Shown: piece by piece, positions 48,536-60,057 of the stretch
Layout: the number at the start of each line of letters is the position of its first letter
Numbering within the stretch: the stretch's first letter is position 1
Assembly (NCBI GenBank): GCA_047150005.1
Contig: AP038806.1
Location: forward strand, 1,664,001 to 1,728,000
Reading direction: 5' to 3'
From: Nitrospira sp.
Lineage (GTDB): Bacteria; Nitrospirota; Nitrospiria; Nitrospirales; Nitrospiraceae
Length of the DNA stretch: 64,000 bases
The notes under the pieces: model-generated
Databases searched by the model: none
Told to the model about the DNA's origin: nothing
The model's input: only the letters and a program-made list of their open reading frames with translations
Made by a program: the position numbers and the translations under genes

Positions 48536-48653
48536 GCGCATGGGAGCGATTGTCCCCATCGGTATGAACAGTATGCGCAGCATGTGTACGAGTAGGTGCG
48601 ACACGACAGTTCGAATGTGAAACGGACCGACACAACGGGAGGAGACCATCATC

Positions 48654-49046
48654 ATGGAGAGGCGAATATGTCGAGCCTGGGGATGCTGGGCGCCGCCCAA
48701 AGAACTCTCCTCGAGTACCACGCCGGATTCCGCCGCCGGTATCGATCGGGCCAGGGCTAAGCGGAATCTCGAAGTCTTCACTCGTGATACCCACGACAAT
48801 CTGCGGACAGACATGTCCAGGGGACGGGGCAAGTATCTGACCTCGCTCGCATCCATCGCCGGCGTGCCGGCGGAGCGGCAGAGCCGATTCGATCTGCACA
48901 TGCGGGACTCCTACGCCACGTTGTTCGACGATGCCGTTGCATCCAATGAATCCACTGAATCCACGGCTCGCATCGTGGAAGCGGTCTGGATTGCGGGGGT
49001 ATGGGCGGCGTTAGGGGTCAGGACCGTCCCGAGAGGGCTTTTGTGA
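48654..49046 (+). CDS. DUF3015-like protein, apparently lacking a signal peptide (possibly truncated)
   Basis: ELSSSTTP...DNLRTDMSRGRGKYLTSLASI; GGAGG RBS. Confidence 0.5.
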   Translation: MERRICRAWGCWAPPKELSSSTTPDSAAGIDRARAKRNLEVFTRDTHDNLRTDMSRGRGKYLTSLASIAGVPAERQSRFDLHMRDSYATLFDDAVASNESTESTARIVEAVWIAGVWAALGVRTVPRGLL

Positions 49047-49308
49047 TCTTCACCCGGTTCTTCTCGAAAATGCCTGCCAGGATCACCATGTAGGACAGCA
49101 GGCGGAACACATAGACCAGGGGCTCGGCTTCCGAGTTGGCCGTGGTGGCGATCAGGAGCATGCGGCAGACCATCTGGATCGCGAACGATGCGGCAAAGTA
49201 TAGGAAGAATCGGTCCTGCGCGACCAGCCAGTATCGGAAAAAAAACAAACCCGCTACGCAATCCCCCATGGCCAGGGCGCCGAGCAGGAATACGCCGAAG
49301 TCGTGCAT
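49018..49308 (-). CDS. DUF5985-like 3-TM small membrane protein
   Basis: FLLGALAMG...GLFFFRYW...DRFFLYFAASF...IFEKNR. Confidence 0.75.
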   Translation of the reverse strand: MHDFGVFLLGALAMGDCVAGLFFFRYWLVAQDRFFLYFAASFAIQMVCRMLLIATTANSEAEPLVYVFRLLSYMVILAGIFEKNRVKITKALSGRS

Positions 49309-49314
49309 GCTCGT

Positions 49315-49578
49315 CTATTCCTCCTCGAAGATCAGCCCGCGAAACAGGATGCCGAAGGCCAGGAGCGAGATCAGATAGCGGGGCACACTGAGGTCGATCG
49401 TCACGGGAAACACGAGCTTGTCGACCATCAAGAGTACGTTGTTCACTGACGAGACGACGAAGAACAAACCAATCCACAGCAGGAGCTTGTAGGTCGTTCG
49501 GGTGTAGGCTTGGAGCAGCAGCCAAGCGCAGAGAGAGGACGTCACGGCGCAGAGTCCGTAGATTAGCATCCTCATCAT
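49315..49578 (-). CDS. DUF5985-like 3-TM small membrane protein
   Basis: IYGLCAVTSSLCAWLL...LLLWIGLFF...NNVLLMVD; ATGA-coupled to the upstream gene. Confidence 0.75.
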   Translation of the reverse strand: MMRMLIYGLCAVTSSLCAWLLLQAYTRTTYKLLLWIGLFFVVSSVNNVLLMVDKLVFPVTIDLSVPRYLISLLAFGILFRGLIFEEE

Positions 49579-49970
49579 GGGTCCTGTTCCTCCAGGAGAT
49601 CGAACGCGCGTGAAAATTCCTGGAGCCGACTTTTCGATTTGGCATGGACGAGATTTGACACTGGTACGAGATGCTTCGTGTAGTAGTAGGCAAGCCGATC
49701 CACCATTTCGCGCAGGTCCCCCGACTGTGGCCGATAGCGCCAGCGACGGCCCGGTGCTCCGTCTTGGGAGATCAGCAGCTTCGCGGTCTCCAGCCTGGCC
49801 AGAACCGGGTGCCCTTGTTCCACCCCGAGGTACAGGCGTTGGGCGACGGCGGCGTCTTGCCACCAGGTGTCCGGCGTATTGCGGAGCAGCAGCAGCGCTT
49901 CCAACTCCGCGATCGAATCGATATGGTCCAGGATGAACTGCCTGATCTCCGGTGGAACGATTGAATCCAT
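49575..49970 (-). CDS. conserved hypothetical winged-helix-like protein
   Basis: EIRQFILDHIDSIAELEALLLL...WRYRP...LQEFSRAF; tightly coupled to the kinase upstream. Confidence 0.75.
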   Translation of the reverse strand: MDSIVPPEIRQFILDHIDSIAELEALLLLRNTPDTWWQDAAVAQRLYLGVEQGHPVLARLETAKLLISQDGAPGRRWRYRPQSGDLREMVDRLAYYYTKHLVPVSNLVHAKSKSRLQEFSRAFDLLEEQDP

Positions 49971-49974
49971 GGGA

Positions 49975-52425
49975 TCAGACCGTGCGATAGGGAACCGTCT
50001 GGGAGGAGGAGGACGACGAGGTCTCGTCGGCAGGCGGCGGGTCACCCGAGATGGTCGGTCGCTCCGCAAGGCTCGCGGCGAGAATGGTTTGCTTCAATTG
50101 GTCGGAGACCGACCCCTTCGTGAGATACGCGAACGCGCCCGCGTTCTTCAGCGCTTCCCGATGATGGGCGCTCGTGTGCATCGAAAGACCGATAACGACA
50201 ATGGAGGGTAACCGCATTTTGAGGCGTCTCGTGGCCTCGACGCCGTCCATTTTCGGCATGTTGATGTCCATGATGACGACTTCCGGTCGCAACGCTTCGG
50301 CGATCGCGAGGGCTTCTTCGCCGTCGGCGGCTTCACCGACGACCGTGACATCGGTGCCGTCTTCGAGGAGACCTCTCAACCCCTGTCGCATCAGGGCATG
50401 ATCGTCCACCAGCAGCACGCGGATCGGCGGTCTGGCTGGTTTCGGCGGTGGCAACGGGCCTGTCGCCGGGAGATCTGTCTTGGCGTGTCGGTGCGTTACG
50501 GTTTCCATCGCCGTATCCGGATCCTCGGTCCGCGCGGCCATTGGTGCGCCGTCCCGCTCGTCCGACTCGACGTGCTTTGTCAACGGCAGCGTCATCGCGG
50601 CGACCGTTCCCTTGTCCGGCGTCGAGCCGATCGTGAACCAGCCTCCCAATGCCTTCATCCGCTCCTGGATGCTGAAGAGGCCGAATCGGGTCGTGGCAGA
50701 CCCTTCGTCCGCAGCGTCTCCGTACGACGGATCGAGACCCTTGCCTTCATCCCGCACCTCGATGCGCAGGATCCCGTCGGTCTCGGTCAGGCGCACGGCG
50801 GCGTGATCGACGCGCGCGTGCTTTGACACGTTGATCAGCAACCCGCGGACCGACTGAAAGAGAAGAATGGCTTCATCTTCCGCGAGCGGCACCGGCTCGG
50901 TTGCGGCGATGTCCAGGTCTACGGTCAACTGATGCCTCTGCATCTGCTCACCAAGCCACCTCAGGGCGGACGACAAGCCGAATTCATGCAGCACCATGGG
51001 GGTCAGCTGGGCGACCAACGATCGCGTATAACTGAGCGCCTGCTGGAGCACTTCTGCCGCTTGGTCCAGCCATTCCTCCGTTTCCAGGCTGTTCTGCTTG
51101 GGGCGCGCCTGGGATACCTTGAGGTGCGCGCAGACCAGCAGCTGAGCCAGGTAGTCGTGCAGTTCCGTCGCTATTCGGCGACGTTCCCGCTGTTCTGTGA
51201 CGGTCAATTCAGCCGCCAGTGCGCGCAGCAGACCCTGCGAAGTGATCAGTTCGCTGGTTCGCTCCACGACGCGCTGCTCCAGCTCCTCGGCCAAGCGGCA
51301 GATTCTCTCGTGATCCGCATGACGATCGCTCACATCGCGGTTCGTCTCCAGCACGAGTACGTCCTCCGGGTCGTCGGGGATGGGGACCATACGTGTCTCG
51401 ACGAGCACGGTTTTCCCCGTCTTCGTCCGCTGCCGGATTTCCCCGTACCAACGCCCTGCTTCGAGCAATCGGCGATCGAAGTCCGGCGCAGAACAGGGCA
51501 GTGCGGACTCGAGCAAGCGGTGCACGGATCGTCCCGTCGCTTCTGCAACGGTCCAGCCGTAGAGCTCGGTCGCCCCGCGATTCCAATACAGGATGCCGCC
51601 GCCCATTCGCCAGACGATGACGGCCTCGTGCGTCTGCTCGAGGAGGTCGGCCCGCCAACGAAGTTCCGCTTCCGCGCGTGTACGTTCCGACACGTCCCGC
51701 AGGATTCCCATATAGCAGGCCTCGCCGGAGACGGATGATCGGCTGAAGGCGACCTCTAGCGGGAATTCCGCACCCTGCCGCCGCCGTCCTGTCACATCCC
51801 GTCTCAGGCCGTCTCCCGGCGCCCGGTGGACTTCCGGACGGCCGAGCGGCGGCTCGCGCTCTTCGAACCAGGCCGGGATGAGCATCGTCACCTTGCGGCC
51901 CAGCAGATCCTCGCGGCGGTAGCCGAACATCCGTTCGGTGGCGGCATTGCAGGAAAGGATGACGCCGCCGGCATCGACCGTGAGAATACTGTCCGTCGCT
52001 GTTTCGACCAGGGTTCGATACCGCTCTTCGCTTTCACGCAGAGACTTCTCCGCTTCGTGCTTGTACAGCACGATCTCGATCTGGGTCGTGATGTCGCGCT
52101 CGTCAAAGGGTTTGAGAATGTAGCCGAACGGCTCCGTCATGCTGGCTCGTTGCAACGTGCTGGCATCGGAATGAGCCGTCAGATAGATGATGGGAATGCT
52201 GCAGGCCTCCCGGATCCGCTCCGCCGCCTCGATGCCGTCCATCGGGCCGGCCAGCCGGATATCCATCAACACAAGGTCCGGTAGTTGCGCGGCGGCGGTC
52301 TCCAGGGCCTCTTCGCCGTCCGCGGCGATGCCGACGACACGATAGCCGGCCCGTTCGAGCTTGCCGGCCAGATCCGCCGCCACCACCGCTTCGTCTTCAA
52401 CGATGAGAATGTTGCCCTTCGGCAT
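49975..52425 (-). CDS. hybrid sensor kinase (REC, 2xPAS, HisKA_3, HATPase, REC)
   Basis: ILIVEDE...[31 protein letters not shown]-terminal VLLVDDH. Confidence 0.9.
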   Translation of the reverse strand: MPKGNILIVEDEAVVAADLAGKLERAGYRVVGIAADGEEALETAAAQLPDLVLMDIRLAGPMDGIEAAERIREACSIPIIYLTAHSDASTLQRASMTEPFGYILKPFDERDITTQIEIVLYKHEAEKSLRESEERYRTLVETATDSILTVDAGGVILSCNAATERMFGYRREDLLGRKVTMLIPAWFEEREPPLGRPEVHRAPGDGLRRDVTGRRRQGAEFPLEVAFSRSSVSGEACYMGILRDVSERTRAEAELRWRADLLEQTHEAVIVWRMGGGILYWNRGATELYGWTVAEATGRSVHRLLESALPCSAPDFDRRLLEAGRWYGEIRQRTKTGKTVLVETRMVPIPDDPEDVLVLETNRDVSDRHADHERICRLAEELEQRVVERTSELITSQGLLRALAAELTVTEQRERRRIATELHDYLAQLLVCAHLKVSQARPKQNSLETEEWLDQAAEVLQQALSYTRSLVAQLTPMVLHEFGLSSALRWLGEQMQRHQLTVDLDIAATEPVPLAEDEAILLFQSVRGLLINVSKHARVDHAAVRLTETDGILRIEVRDEGKGLDPSYGDAADEGSATTRFGLFSIQERMKALGGWFTIGSTPDKGTVAAMTLPLTKHVESDERDGAPMAARTEDPDTAMETVTHRHAKTDLPATGPLPPPKPARPPIRVLLVDDHALMRQGLRGLLEDGTDVTVVGEAADGEEALAIAEALRPEVVIMDINMPKMDGVEATRRLKMRLPSIVVIGLSMHTSAHHREALKNAGAFAYLTKGSVSDQLKQTILAASLAERPTISGDPPPADETSSSSSSQTVPYRTV

Positions 52426-53536
52426 TCCCTACCGCCTTGGTCTCGGACGACCGACTTCGGATACCCATCGGCAGATCGAATCGCAGCTCGAAGGTGGTGC
52501 CGGATCCGTTTCGGAACGCAAGGTCCGCGTTGAGTTGCCGGCTTAGCATCCGGATGAGCCGCAACCCCAGGGACCCGGCCGCTTGCCAATCGAGTTCCGG
52601 TGGAAGTCCGCGGCCGTCGTCGTGGAACACGAGTCTCACTTCGTCGGCCTCGACGCATCTCAATTGGATCATGATGCAGCCCGACTCCCGTCCGACGAAC
52701 GCGTGTTTGAGGCTGTTGGTCGCCAGCTCGTTGAGGATAAGGCCGCAGGGAATCGCCATGTCCACCGGGAGGAGTACGGGATCGAGTTCCATGCGCAATC
52801 GCACTTTGGAAGAGATCGCTCCATGGGCAAGAAACAGCTCGTCCATGACGTTGCGGATGTACGCGCCGAGCTCGGCGTGGGCCAGATCGGGCGATTGGTA
52901 CAATTTTTCGTGGACCAGCGCCATGGACCGCACCCGGTCACGCGCATCCTTGAAGAGGGAGCGGACAGCCGGATCGGTCAGCCGGTCGGCCTGCAGATCG
53001 ATGAGACTCGAGATCACCTGCAGGTTGTTCTTGACCCGATGATGGATTTCCTTGAGGAGGATCTCCTTCTCGTGCAATGAGGCCTTCAATTGCTTCAACC
53101 GTTCCTCGATCTCCGCCTCCATGGCGCGGTTCATCGTCGCCAGCGCGCGGGTCTTTCGGAACAGGTCCACGAAGACGCCGACCTTCGATTTGAGAATGAG
53201 GGGGTTGACCGGCTTGCTCAGATAGTCCACCGCTCCGGCGCCGTAGCCTTGCAGGATGTCCGCGTCCTCGCGGTAATAGGCGGTCAGAAAGAGGATGGGA
53301 ACGTGTTGGGTCCGCTTCCGCTGCTTGATCAGCTGGGCCAGTTCGTAGCCGCTCACCTCCGGCATCCGCACGTCGAGCACGATGACGGCGAATTCCTCGG
53401 CGATGAGGGCCAACAACGCCTCGTCCGCCGTCCTGGCGCGAACCAGCTGATGGTCCGGCGACTCGAGAATGCTCTCGAGCACGTCCAGGTTCCTGGTATC
53501 GTCGTCCACCAACAATATGCTTACAGGCTCATTCAT
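52397..53536 (-). CDS. REC-HisKA_2 (HWE/HisKA_2) histidine kinase
   Basis: [50 protein letters not shown]. Confidence 0.9.
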   Translation of the reverse strand: MNEPVSILLVDDDTRNLDVLESILESPDHQLVRARTADEALLALIAEEFAVIVLDVRMPEVSGYELAQLIKQRKRTQHVPILFLTAYYREDADILQGYGAGAVDYLSKPVNPLILKSKVGVFVDLFRKTRALATMNRAMEAEIEERLKQLKASLHEKEILLKEIHHRVKNNLQVISSLIDLQADRLTDPAVRSLFKDARDRVRSMALVHEKLYQSPDLAHAELGAYIRNVMDELFLAHGAISSKVRLRMELDPVLLPVDMAIPCGLILNELATNSLKHAFVGRESGCIMIQLRCVEADEVRLVFHDDGRGLPPELDWQAAGSLGLRLIRMLSRQLNADLAFRNGSGTTFELRFDLPMGIRSRSSETKAVGNAEGQHSHR

Positions 53537-53539
53537 CGT

Positions 53540-53608
53540 TCAGTCCTGAGTGCTGAGTCCTGAGATCTGTTCCGAAACTCAGCACCCAACACTGTGAACC
53601 CAGCACGT
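53540..53608. repeat. heptamer-repeat hairpin (same family as 13430-13515)
   Basis: CAGTCCTGAGTGCTGAGTCCTGAG ... CTCAGCACCCAACAC...CCCAGCAC. Confidence 0.7.
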
Positions 53609-53609
53609 C

Positions 53610-56600
53610 CTAGCGGTACAGCCACACCCTGAGCATCGAGAGCAGCTGCTCCGTATTGACCGGTTTCGCCACATAGTCCGACGCGCCGGCTTCCAGACAC
53701 TTTTCCCGATCACCCTTCATGGCCTTCGCGGTCAAAGCCAGGATCGGTAACGACAGGAATTGAGGGTCCTTGCGGATTTCCCGGATCGTCGTGTAGCCGT
53801 CCATGTCGGGCATCATGATGTCCATCAAGACGACGCTCAGATCCGAGGCGTTGCGGATGATCTCGATCGCGTGACGCCCGTTCGTGGCGCTGACGACGTC
53901 CATCTCCTGGTTTTCCAGCACGGTGGTCAGGGCAAAAATATTGCGGGCGTCGTCGTCGACCACCAGCACCTTGTGGCCGCGCAGGACGGCGTTGGACTCG
54001 TGCAATCGCGCCAGCAACTGCTGTTTCGATGCCGGCAGGTCCGCGACCACCCGATGCAGGAACAGCGCGGTTTCATCGAACAGGCGCTCAGGCGACCGCA
54101 CGTCTTTCATCACGATGCTCTTGGCCACGGCCTTAAGCCGGCGTTCTTCTTCGGCGCTCAAGTCCTTTCCCGTGAAGACCACGATCGGCACGGTGCCCAA
54201 CGCCGGATCGGTCTTGATCTGATCGAGGAGATCGAAGCCGTTCATGTCGGGAAGGCGGAGATCGAGCACGCAGCAGTCGAAGGGCTGGGTCCGCAGGGCC
54301 TCAAGCGCGTCGGTGCCGGTGCCTGCGTCGACGATCTCGATGTCGTCGTGCAGCAGCAGCTCGCGGATGCTGCGGCTTTCCAACTCGTCGTCTTCGACCA
54401 CCAGCAGCCGCTTGAGGTGAGGGGTGATGAAATTACGGATGCGGTCGAAGCACGATTCCAGTCCCTCGGTCGTGACCGGTTTGACCATGTAGGAGAAGGC
54501 TCCATGGGCGAGGCCGTGTTGCCGCTCCTCTTCAAGTGAAATAATCTGCACCGGGATGTGTCGAGTCTTGGGATCCATCTTGAGATTGTTCAGGACCGTC
54601 CAGCCGAGCATGTCCGGGAGAAAGATGTCGAGCGTGATGGCGGCGGGCCGATACGCGGCGGCCAGGTCCAATGCCTGTCCGCCCTTCGTGGCGACGATCC
54701 CCTTGAACCCTTTGTCCCGCGCGAGACCGAGGAGCACTCGCGCATAGTGCGGATCGTCCTCGACGATGAGCAGGACCAGGTCTCCGTACTGCACCGACTC
54801 GCGGTCGTCAGGAATCTTGTCGTCCGCCGACACGGGCAGAATCGGCAGTGCGGGGGTCGGGTGGCCGAGGGCGGCCGCCGCGCCGGCGGGACGGATCTCC
54901 GCCGAGGACGGCCCGGTGTACACCAGCGGCAGATAGAGGGTGAAGGTGCTGCCTTGCCGAGGCTCGCTGAACAACCGAATTTCGCCGCCGAGCAGCGTCG
55001 CCAGCTCACGGCTGATGGCGAGTCCCAATCCCGTCCCTCCGTACTTGCGGCTGGTCCCCGCATCGGCCTGCTGGAACGCCTCGAAGATGAGCTTCTGCTT
55101 TTCGGGCGCGATGCCGATGCCGGTGTCGGCGATGGATAGAGCCACGACCGTGTGAGCCCGGCTCAGCACGGGGTGTTCCGCCGTCCATCCTTCAGACGCC
55201 AACCGAACATGCATCGCTACCTGTCCGTGCGACGTGAACTTGAAGGCATTGGACAGGAGGTTCTTGAGGATCTGCTGCAGCCGCTTGGGATCGGTCGTGA
55301 AGGCGCGCGGCAGGCCCGCGTCGAACTCCAGGTGGAAGGGGAGATTCGTGGACTCCGCGATGTGGCGGAAATTGCGTTCGACGCTGTCTCGAAGGGATTG
55401 GAACGTCATTTCTTCCGCTTCGACCGTGACCGTGCCGGATTCGATCTTCGAGAGGTCCAGAATGTCGTTGATCAGATTGAGCAGATCCGAACCGGCGCTG
55501 TGGATGTTTCTCGCGAACTCCACCTGCTTGGCGGTCAGATTCCCGCTCGTGTTGTCGCCGAGCTGCTGGCCCAGGATGAGGATGCTGTTGAGCGGCGTGC
55601 GCAGTTCATGCGACATGTTGGCCAGGAATTCGGACTTGTACTTCGACGTGAGCGCCAGCTCCGCCGCCTTTTCCTCCAAGGCGCGCCGTGCCAACTCGAC
55701 TTCCTTGTTCTTCCGCTCGACTTCCGTATTGCGCTCGGCCAGCTGTTTCGCCTTGCGCTCGAGTTCCTCGTTGGTCTGCGTGAGCTCCTTCTGCTGCGAC
55801 TGCAGCTCGGTCGTGAGCTGTTGCGACTGCTGCAGGAGGTTTTCCGTCCGCATCGTGGCCTCGATGGTGTTGAGGACGACGCCGATGCCCTGCGTGAGCT
55901 GTTCCAGGAAGGTCAAATGGGAGACGGTGAAGGGGCGCAACGAGGCCAGTTCGATAACGGCTTTCGTCTGCCCTTCGAAGAGGACCGGCAGGACCACGAT
56001 ATTGGCCGGCATCGACTCTCCGAGGCTGGATTGGATGACCGTATAGGACGGGGGCACGTCGGTGAGGAGGATCCGTTGTTGTTCCAGGGCGCACTGGCCG
56101 ACGAGGCCTTCGCCCACGGAGAACCGCTCCGCCTGTCCCCGCTGCCGCGCGTAGGAGGCCAGGAGCCGCAGGGACGGATGCTGGCCCTCTCCAGCATCCA
56201 TCTGATAGATGGTGCCTTCCTGCGCTTCGACCAGCGGAGCCAGTTCGGACAGGAGCATCTGGCCGACGGTGAAGAGGTCGCGTTGGCCCTGCAGCATGCG
56301 CGTGAATTTCGCCACGTTCGTCTTCAGCCAGTCCTGCTCCTTGTTGCGCTCCGTGGTTTCGCGCAGATTGTTGATCATCGTGTTGATATTGTCTTTGAGT
56401 TCGGCCACCTCGCCGCGCGTTTCCACTTGAATGGACCGGGTCAAGTCGCCCTTGGTCACGGCCGTGGCGACCTCGGCGATCGCTCTGACTTGAGTCGTCA
56501 GGTTGGCCGCCAACAGATTGACGTTTCCGGTCAGGTCCTTCCAGGTGCCGGCCGTGCCCGGCACGTTGGCTTGCCCGCCGAGCCGTCCTTCCACGCCGAC

Positions 56601-59600
56601 CTCCCGAGCGACGTTGGTGACCTGGTCGGCAAACGTGGCGAGCGTGTCGGTCATGTTGTTGATCGTTTCGCCCAGCGCGGCGACTTCCCCCTTGGCTTCC
56701 ACCATGAGCCGCTGCCTCAGATTGCCGTTCGCCACCGATGTGACGACCTTGACGATCCCGCGGACCTGATCGGTCAGATTGGTCGCCATGACGTTGACCG
56801 AGTCCGTCAAGTCCTTCCAGGTGCCGGCCACGCCCTGCACCACCGCCTGCCCTCCCAGCTTGCCTTCGGTGCCGACCTCGCGCGCGACCCTCGTGACTTC
56901 CGCCGCAAAGGCATTGAGCTGGTCCACCATCGTGTTGATCGTATTCTTGAGCTCCAAAATTTCGCCCTTCACGTCCACGGTGATCTTGCGGGACAGGTCG
57001 CCGCGGGCGACCGCCGTCGTCACCTCGGCGATGTTGCGCACCTGCCCGGTCAGGTTCGCACCCATGGCATTCACCGAGTCGGTGAGGTCCTTCCAGGTGC
57101 CGGCGACGCCCGGCACCACCGCCTGGACCCCCAACCGACCTTCGGTGCCGACCTCGCGGGCCACGCGGGTGACCTCGGAGGCGAAGGAGCGGAGCTGCTC
57201 GACCATGGTGTTGATCGCTTCCTTGAGCTGGAGAATCTCGCCGCGGACGTCCACGGTGATCTTGCGCGACAAGTCGCCGTTGGCGACGGCGATGGTGACT
57301 TCGGCGATGTTCCGGACCTGGGCCGTCAGGTTGGAGGCCATGGAATTCACGTTGTCGGTGAGGTCCTTCCAGGTGCCGGCGACGCCGGGGACCAGAGCCT
57401 GGCCGCCGAGCTTGCCTTCGGTGCCGACTTCACGGGCCACGCGGGTGACCTCGGAGGCGAAGGAGCGGAGCTGCTCCACCATCGTGTTGGCCGCTTCCTT
57501 GAGCTGGAGAATCTCGCCGCGGACGTCCACGGTGATCTTCTTCGAGAGATCCCCGTTGGCCACCGCGATCGTGACTTCGGCGATGTTGCGGACCTGGTCG
57601 GTCAAGTTCCCGGCCATTTGGTTGACCGAATCGGTCAATTCTTTCCAGACGCCGCTGACGCCCTTGACTTGGGCTTGGCCGCCGAGTTTGCCTTCGGTGC
57701 CGACCTCACGGGCCACGCGGGTGACCTCGGAAGCAAAGGAGCGGAGCTGCTCCACCATGCTGTTGGCCGCTTCCTTGAGTTGGAGAATCTCGCCGCGGAC
57801 GTCCACGATGATCTTCTTCGAAAGATCCCCGTTGGCCACCGCCACCGTGACTTCGGCGATGTTGCGGACCTGGGCGGTCAGATTCCCCGCCATTTCGTTC
57901 ACGCTCTCGGTCAATTCTTTCCAGACGCCGCTGACGCCTTTGACCTGGGCTTGGCCGCCGAGCTTGCCTTCGGTGCCGACCTCACGGGCCACGCGGGTCA
58001 CCTCGGAGGCGAAGGACCGGAGCTGCTCCACCATGACGTTGATCGTCTCTTTCAACTGAAGGATCTCGCCGCTGACGTCCACGGTGATCTTGCGGGACAA
58101 ATCGCCGCGCGCGACGGACGTGGCCACTTCGGCGATATTCCGGACTTGGGCCGTCAGATTGTTGGCCATCGAATTGACGTTGTCGGTGAGGTCCTTCCAG
58201 GTACCGGCGACGCCGGGGACGACCGCCTGCACACCGAGCTTGCCTTCGGTGCCGACCTCACGGGCCACGCGGGTGACCTCCGCCGCGAAGCCGTTCAGCT
58301 GGTCCACCATCGTGTTGATCGTATTCTTGAGCTCCAAAATCTCGCCCTTCACGTCCACGGTAATCTTGCGTGATAAATCGCCCCGAGCGACTGCGGTCGC
58401 GACCTCGGCGATGTTGCGGACCTGGGCGGTGAGGTTCAGGCCCATGGCGTTGACCGAATCGGTGAGGTCTTTCCAGGTTCCGCCGACGCCCGGCACGGCG
58501 GCCTGCACACCGAGCTTGCCCTCGGTGCCGACGTCGCGGGCCACGCGGGTGACCTCCGCCGCGAAGCCGTTCAGCTGGTCCACCATCGTGTTGATCGTAT
58601 TCTTGAGCTCCAAAATCTCGCCCTTCACGTCCACGGTGATCTTGCGGGATAGGTCGCCGCGCGCGACCGCCGTCGTCACCTCGGCGATGTTCCGGACTTG
58701 AGCGGTCAGGTTGTTGGCCATGGCGTTGACCGAATCGGTGAGGTCTTTCCAGGTACCGCCGACCCCCGGCACGGCGGCGTTGACGCCGAGCTTGCCTTCG
58801 GTGCCGACTTCACGGGCCACGCGGGTGACCTCGGAGGCGAAGGAGCGGAGCTGCTCGACCATGGTGTTGATCGTCTCCTTGAGCTGGAGAATCTCGCCGC
58901 GGACGTCCACGGTGATCTTGCGCGACAAGTCGCCGCGGGCGACGGCGACGGTGACTTCGACGATGTTCCGGACCTGGGCCGTCAGGTTGGAGGCCATGGA
59001 ATTCACGTTGTCGGTGAGATCCTTCCAGGTGCCGGCGACGCCGGGGACGATCGCCTGGCCGCCGAGTTTGCCTTCGGTGCCGACTTCACGGGCCACGCGG
59101 GTGACCTCGGAGGCGAAGGAGCGGAGCTGCTCCACCATCGTGTTGATGGCTTCCTTGAGCTGGAGAATCTCGCCGCGGACGTCCACGGTGATCTTCTTCG
59201 AGAGATCCCCGTTGGCCACCGCGATCGTGACTTCGGCGATGTTCCGGACCTGGGCCGTCAAGTTCCCGGCCATTTGGTTGACCGAATCGGTCAATTCTTT
59301 CCAGACGCCGCTGACGCCCTTGACTTGGGCTTGGCCGCCGAGTTTGCCTTCGGTGCCGACCTCGCGCGCGACGCGGGTCACCTCGGAGGTGAACACGGAG
59401 AGCTGTTCGATCATTTTATTCAGCAGTTTGGCGCTCCGCAGAAATTCGCCTTCCAGCGGGCGACCGTCCTTCTCCAGCGCCATGGCTTGGCTGAGGTCGC
59501 CCTTGGCGACCGCGCCGACCGCACGGGTGACTTCCGTGGTCGGAGAGACGAGGTCGTCGATCAATTGGTTCAGGGAGTCGATTTCGTTCGCCCACCCGCC

Positions 59601-59897
59601 GGTGACCCCCGGCACGGACAGGCGTTGCCTGAGCCGTCCTTCTTTCCCGACGACGCGACAGACCCGCACGGTCTCGCTGGCCCTTCGTTCGCTGACGTCG
59701 AGGACCTCGTTCATCGTGTCCGCCATCTTTCCCAGCACGCCGGTCCACGTGGCCGGCAGCCGGACGGAAAAGTCGCCGTTGCGGTAGGCCGTCATGACGC
59801 TCAAGATCTCTCCGAGCTGCTGGTTGACGTTCTGGCGGGTGTAGCCGTTCTCAGCGGAGGCCTTCGAAGTCTTCACGTCCACGGCAGAGTCCTTCAT
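53610..59897 (-). CDS. poly-HAMP hybrid histidine kinase (group III/Nik1-like; GAF, HisKA, HATPase, 3xREC)
   Basis: ~12 copies of a 92-aa unit ([16 protein letters not shown]...WKDLTD); [19 protein letters not shown]; three REC domains; start MKDSA with AAGGAG RBS. Confidence 0.93.
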   Translation of the reverse strand: MKDSAVDVKTSKASAENGYTRQNVNQQLGEILSVMTAYRNGDFSVRLPATWTGVLGKMADTMNEVLDVSERRASETVRVCRVVGKEGRLRQRLSVPGVTGGWANEIDSLNQLIDDLVSPTTEVTRAVGAVAKGDLSQAMALEKDGRPLEGEFLRSAKLLNKMIEQLSVFTSEVTRVAREVGTEGKLGGQAQVKGVSGVWKELTDSVNQMAGNLTAQVRNIAEVTIAVANGDLSKKITVDVRGEILQLKEAINTMVEQLRSFASEVTRVAREVGTEGKLGGQAIVPGVAGTWKDLTDNVNSMASNLTAQVRNIVEVTVAVARGDLSRKITVDVRGEILQLKETINTMVEQLRSFASEVTRVAREVGTEGKLGVNAAVPGVGGTWKDLTDSVNAMANNLTAQVRNIAEVTTAVARGDLSRKITVDVKGEILELKNTINTMVDQLNGFAAEVTRVARDVGTEGKLGVQAAVPGVGGTWKDLTDSVNAMGLNLTAQVRNIAEVATAVARGDLSRKITVDVKGEILELKNTINTMVDQLNGFAAEVTRVAREVGTEGKLGVQAVVPGVAGTWKDLTDNVNSMANNLTAQVRNIAEVATSVARGDLSRKITVDVSGEILQLKETINVMVEQLRSFASEVTRVAREVGTEGKLGGQAQVKGVSGVWKELTESVNEMAGNLTAQVRNIAEVTVAVANGDLSKKIIVDVRGEILQLKEAANSMVEQLRSFASEVTRVAREVGTEGKLGGQAQVKGVSGVWKELTDSVNQMAGNLTDQVRNIAEVTIAVANGDLSKKITVDVRGEILQLKEAANTMVEQLRSFASEVTRVAREVGTEGKLGGQALVPGVAGTWKDLTDNVNSMASNLTAQVRNIAEVTIAVANGDLSRKITVDVRGEILQLKEAINTMVEQLRSFASEVTRVAREVGTEGRLGVQAVVPGVAGTWKDLTDSVNAMGANLTGQVRNIAEVTTAVARGDLSRKITVDVKGEILELKNTINTMVDQLNAFAAEVTRVAREVGTEGKLGGQAVVQGVAGTWKDLTDSVNVMATNLTDQVRGIVKVVTSVANGNLRQRLMVEAKGEVAALGETINNMTDTLATFADQVTNVAREVGVEGRLGGQANVPGTAGTWKDLTGNVNLLAANLTTQVRAIAEVATAVTKGDLTRSIQVETRGEVAELKDNINTMINNLRETTERNKEQDWLKTNVAKFTRMLQGQRDLFTVGQMLLSELAPLVEAQEGTIYQMDAGEGQHPSLRLLASYARQRGQAERFSVGEGLVGQCALEQQRILLTDVPPSYTVIQSSLGESMPANIVVLPVLFEGQTKAVIELASLRPFTVSHLTFLEQLTQGIGVVLNTIEATMRTENLLQQSQQLTTELQSQQKELTQTNEELERKAKQLAERNTEVERKNKEVELARRALEEKAAELALTSKYKSEFLANMSHELRTPLNSILILGQQLGDNTSGNLTAKQVEFARNIHSAGSDLLNLINDILDLSKIESGTVTVEAEEMTFQSLRDSVERNFRHIAESTNLPFHLEFDAGLPRAFTTDPKRLQQILKNLLSNAFKFTSHGQVAMHVRLASEGWTAEHPVLSRAHTVVALSIADTGIGIAPEKQKLIFEAFQQADAGTSRKYGGTGLGLAISRELATLLGGEIRLFSEPRQGSTFTLYLPLVYTGPSSAEIRPAGAAAALGHPTPALPILPVSADDKIPDDRESVQYGDLVLLIVEDDPHYARVLLGLARDKGFKGIVATKGGQALDLAAAYRPAAITLDIFLPDMLGWTVLNNLKMDPKTRHIPVQIISLEEERQHGLAHGAFSYMVKPVTTEGLESCFDRIRNFITPHLKRLLVVEDDELESRSIRELLLHDDIEIVDAGTGTDALEALRTQPFDCCVLDLRLPDMNGFDLLDQIKTDPALGTVPIVVFTGKDLSAEEERRLKAVAKSIVMKDVRSPERLFDETALFLHRVVADLPASKQQLLARLHESNAVLRGHKVLVVDDDARNIFALTTVLENQEMDVVSATNGRHAIEIIRNASDLSVVLMDIMMPDMDGYTTIREIRKDPQFLSLPILALTAKAMKGDREKCLEAGASDYVAKPVNTEQLLSMLRVWLYR
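56330..59700 (-). repeat. 276-bp tandem coding repeat (HAMP units)
   Basis: Recurring ccttcggtgccgac[ct]tc...gcgggtgacctc at a 276-bp period; boundaries approximate. Confidence 0.9.
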
Positions 59898-59984
59898 CCC
59901 GGTCTCCTTGAAAAAGGACGATGAGGTGGAAAAGCGGCGCAGGATTGACCGCAATGAACATACCTCCGCAAGGGGAAATGCCAA

Positions 59985-60000
59985 CTGGGGGAACCCCTAG
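59985..60000. promoter_or_regulatory. 16-bp palindromic box upstream of the poly-HAMP kinase operon
   Basis: CTGGGGGAACCCCTAG. Confidence 0.65.
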
Positions 60001-60057
60001 AGACGATGGAAATGCAGTGATGGAACGGGCGGTAGATTTGGTAGATAAGGTCGGTGA

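Noticed and set aside
56330..59700. Regular repeats as a possible CRISPR array or DGR TR/VR pair
   Set aside because: The 276-bp in-frame coding units have no unique spacers, there is no cas or reverse transcriptase gene, and I saw no adenine-specific mismatch pattern
55152..59924. Very long + strand ORFs (e.g. 1073 aa at 55152-58373) with internal repeats
   Set aside because: Antisense shadows of the poly-HAMP kinase; stop-poor because of GC-rich codon bias, and no independent motifs
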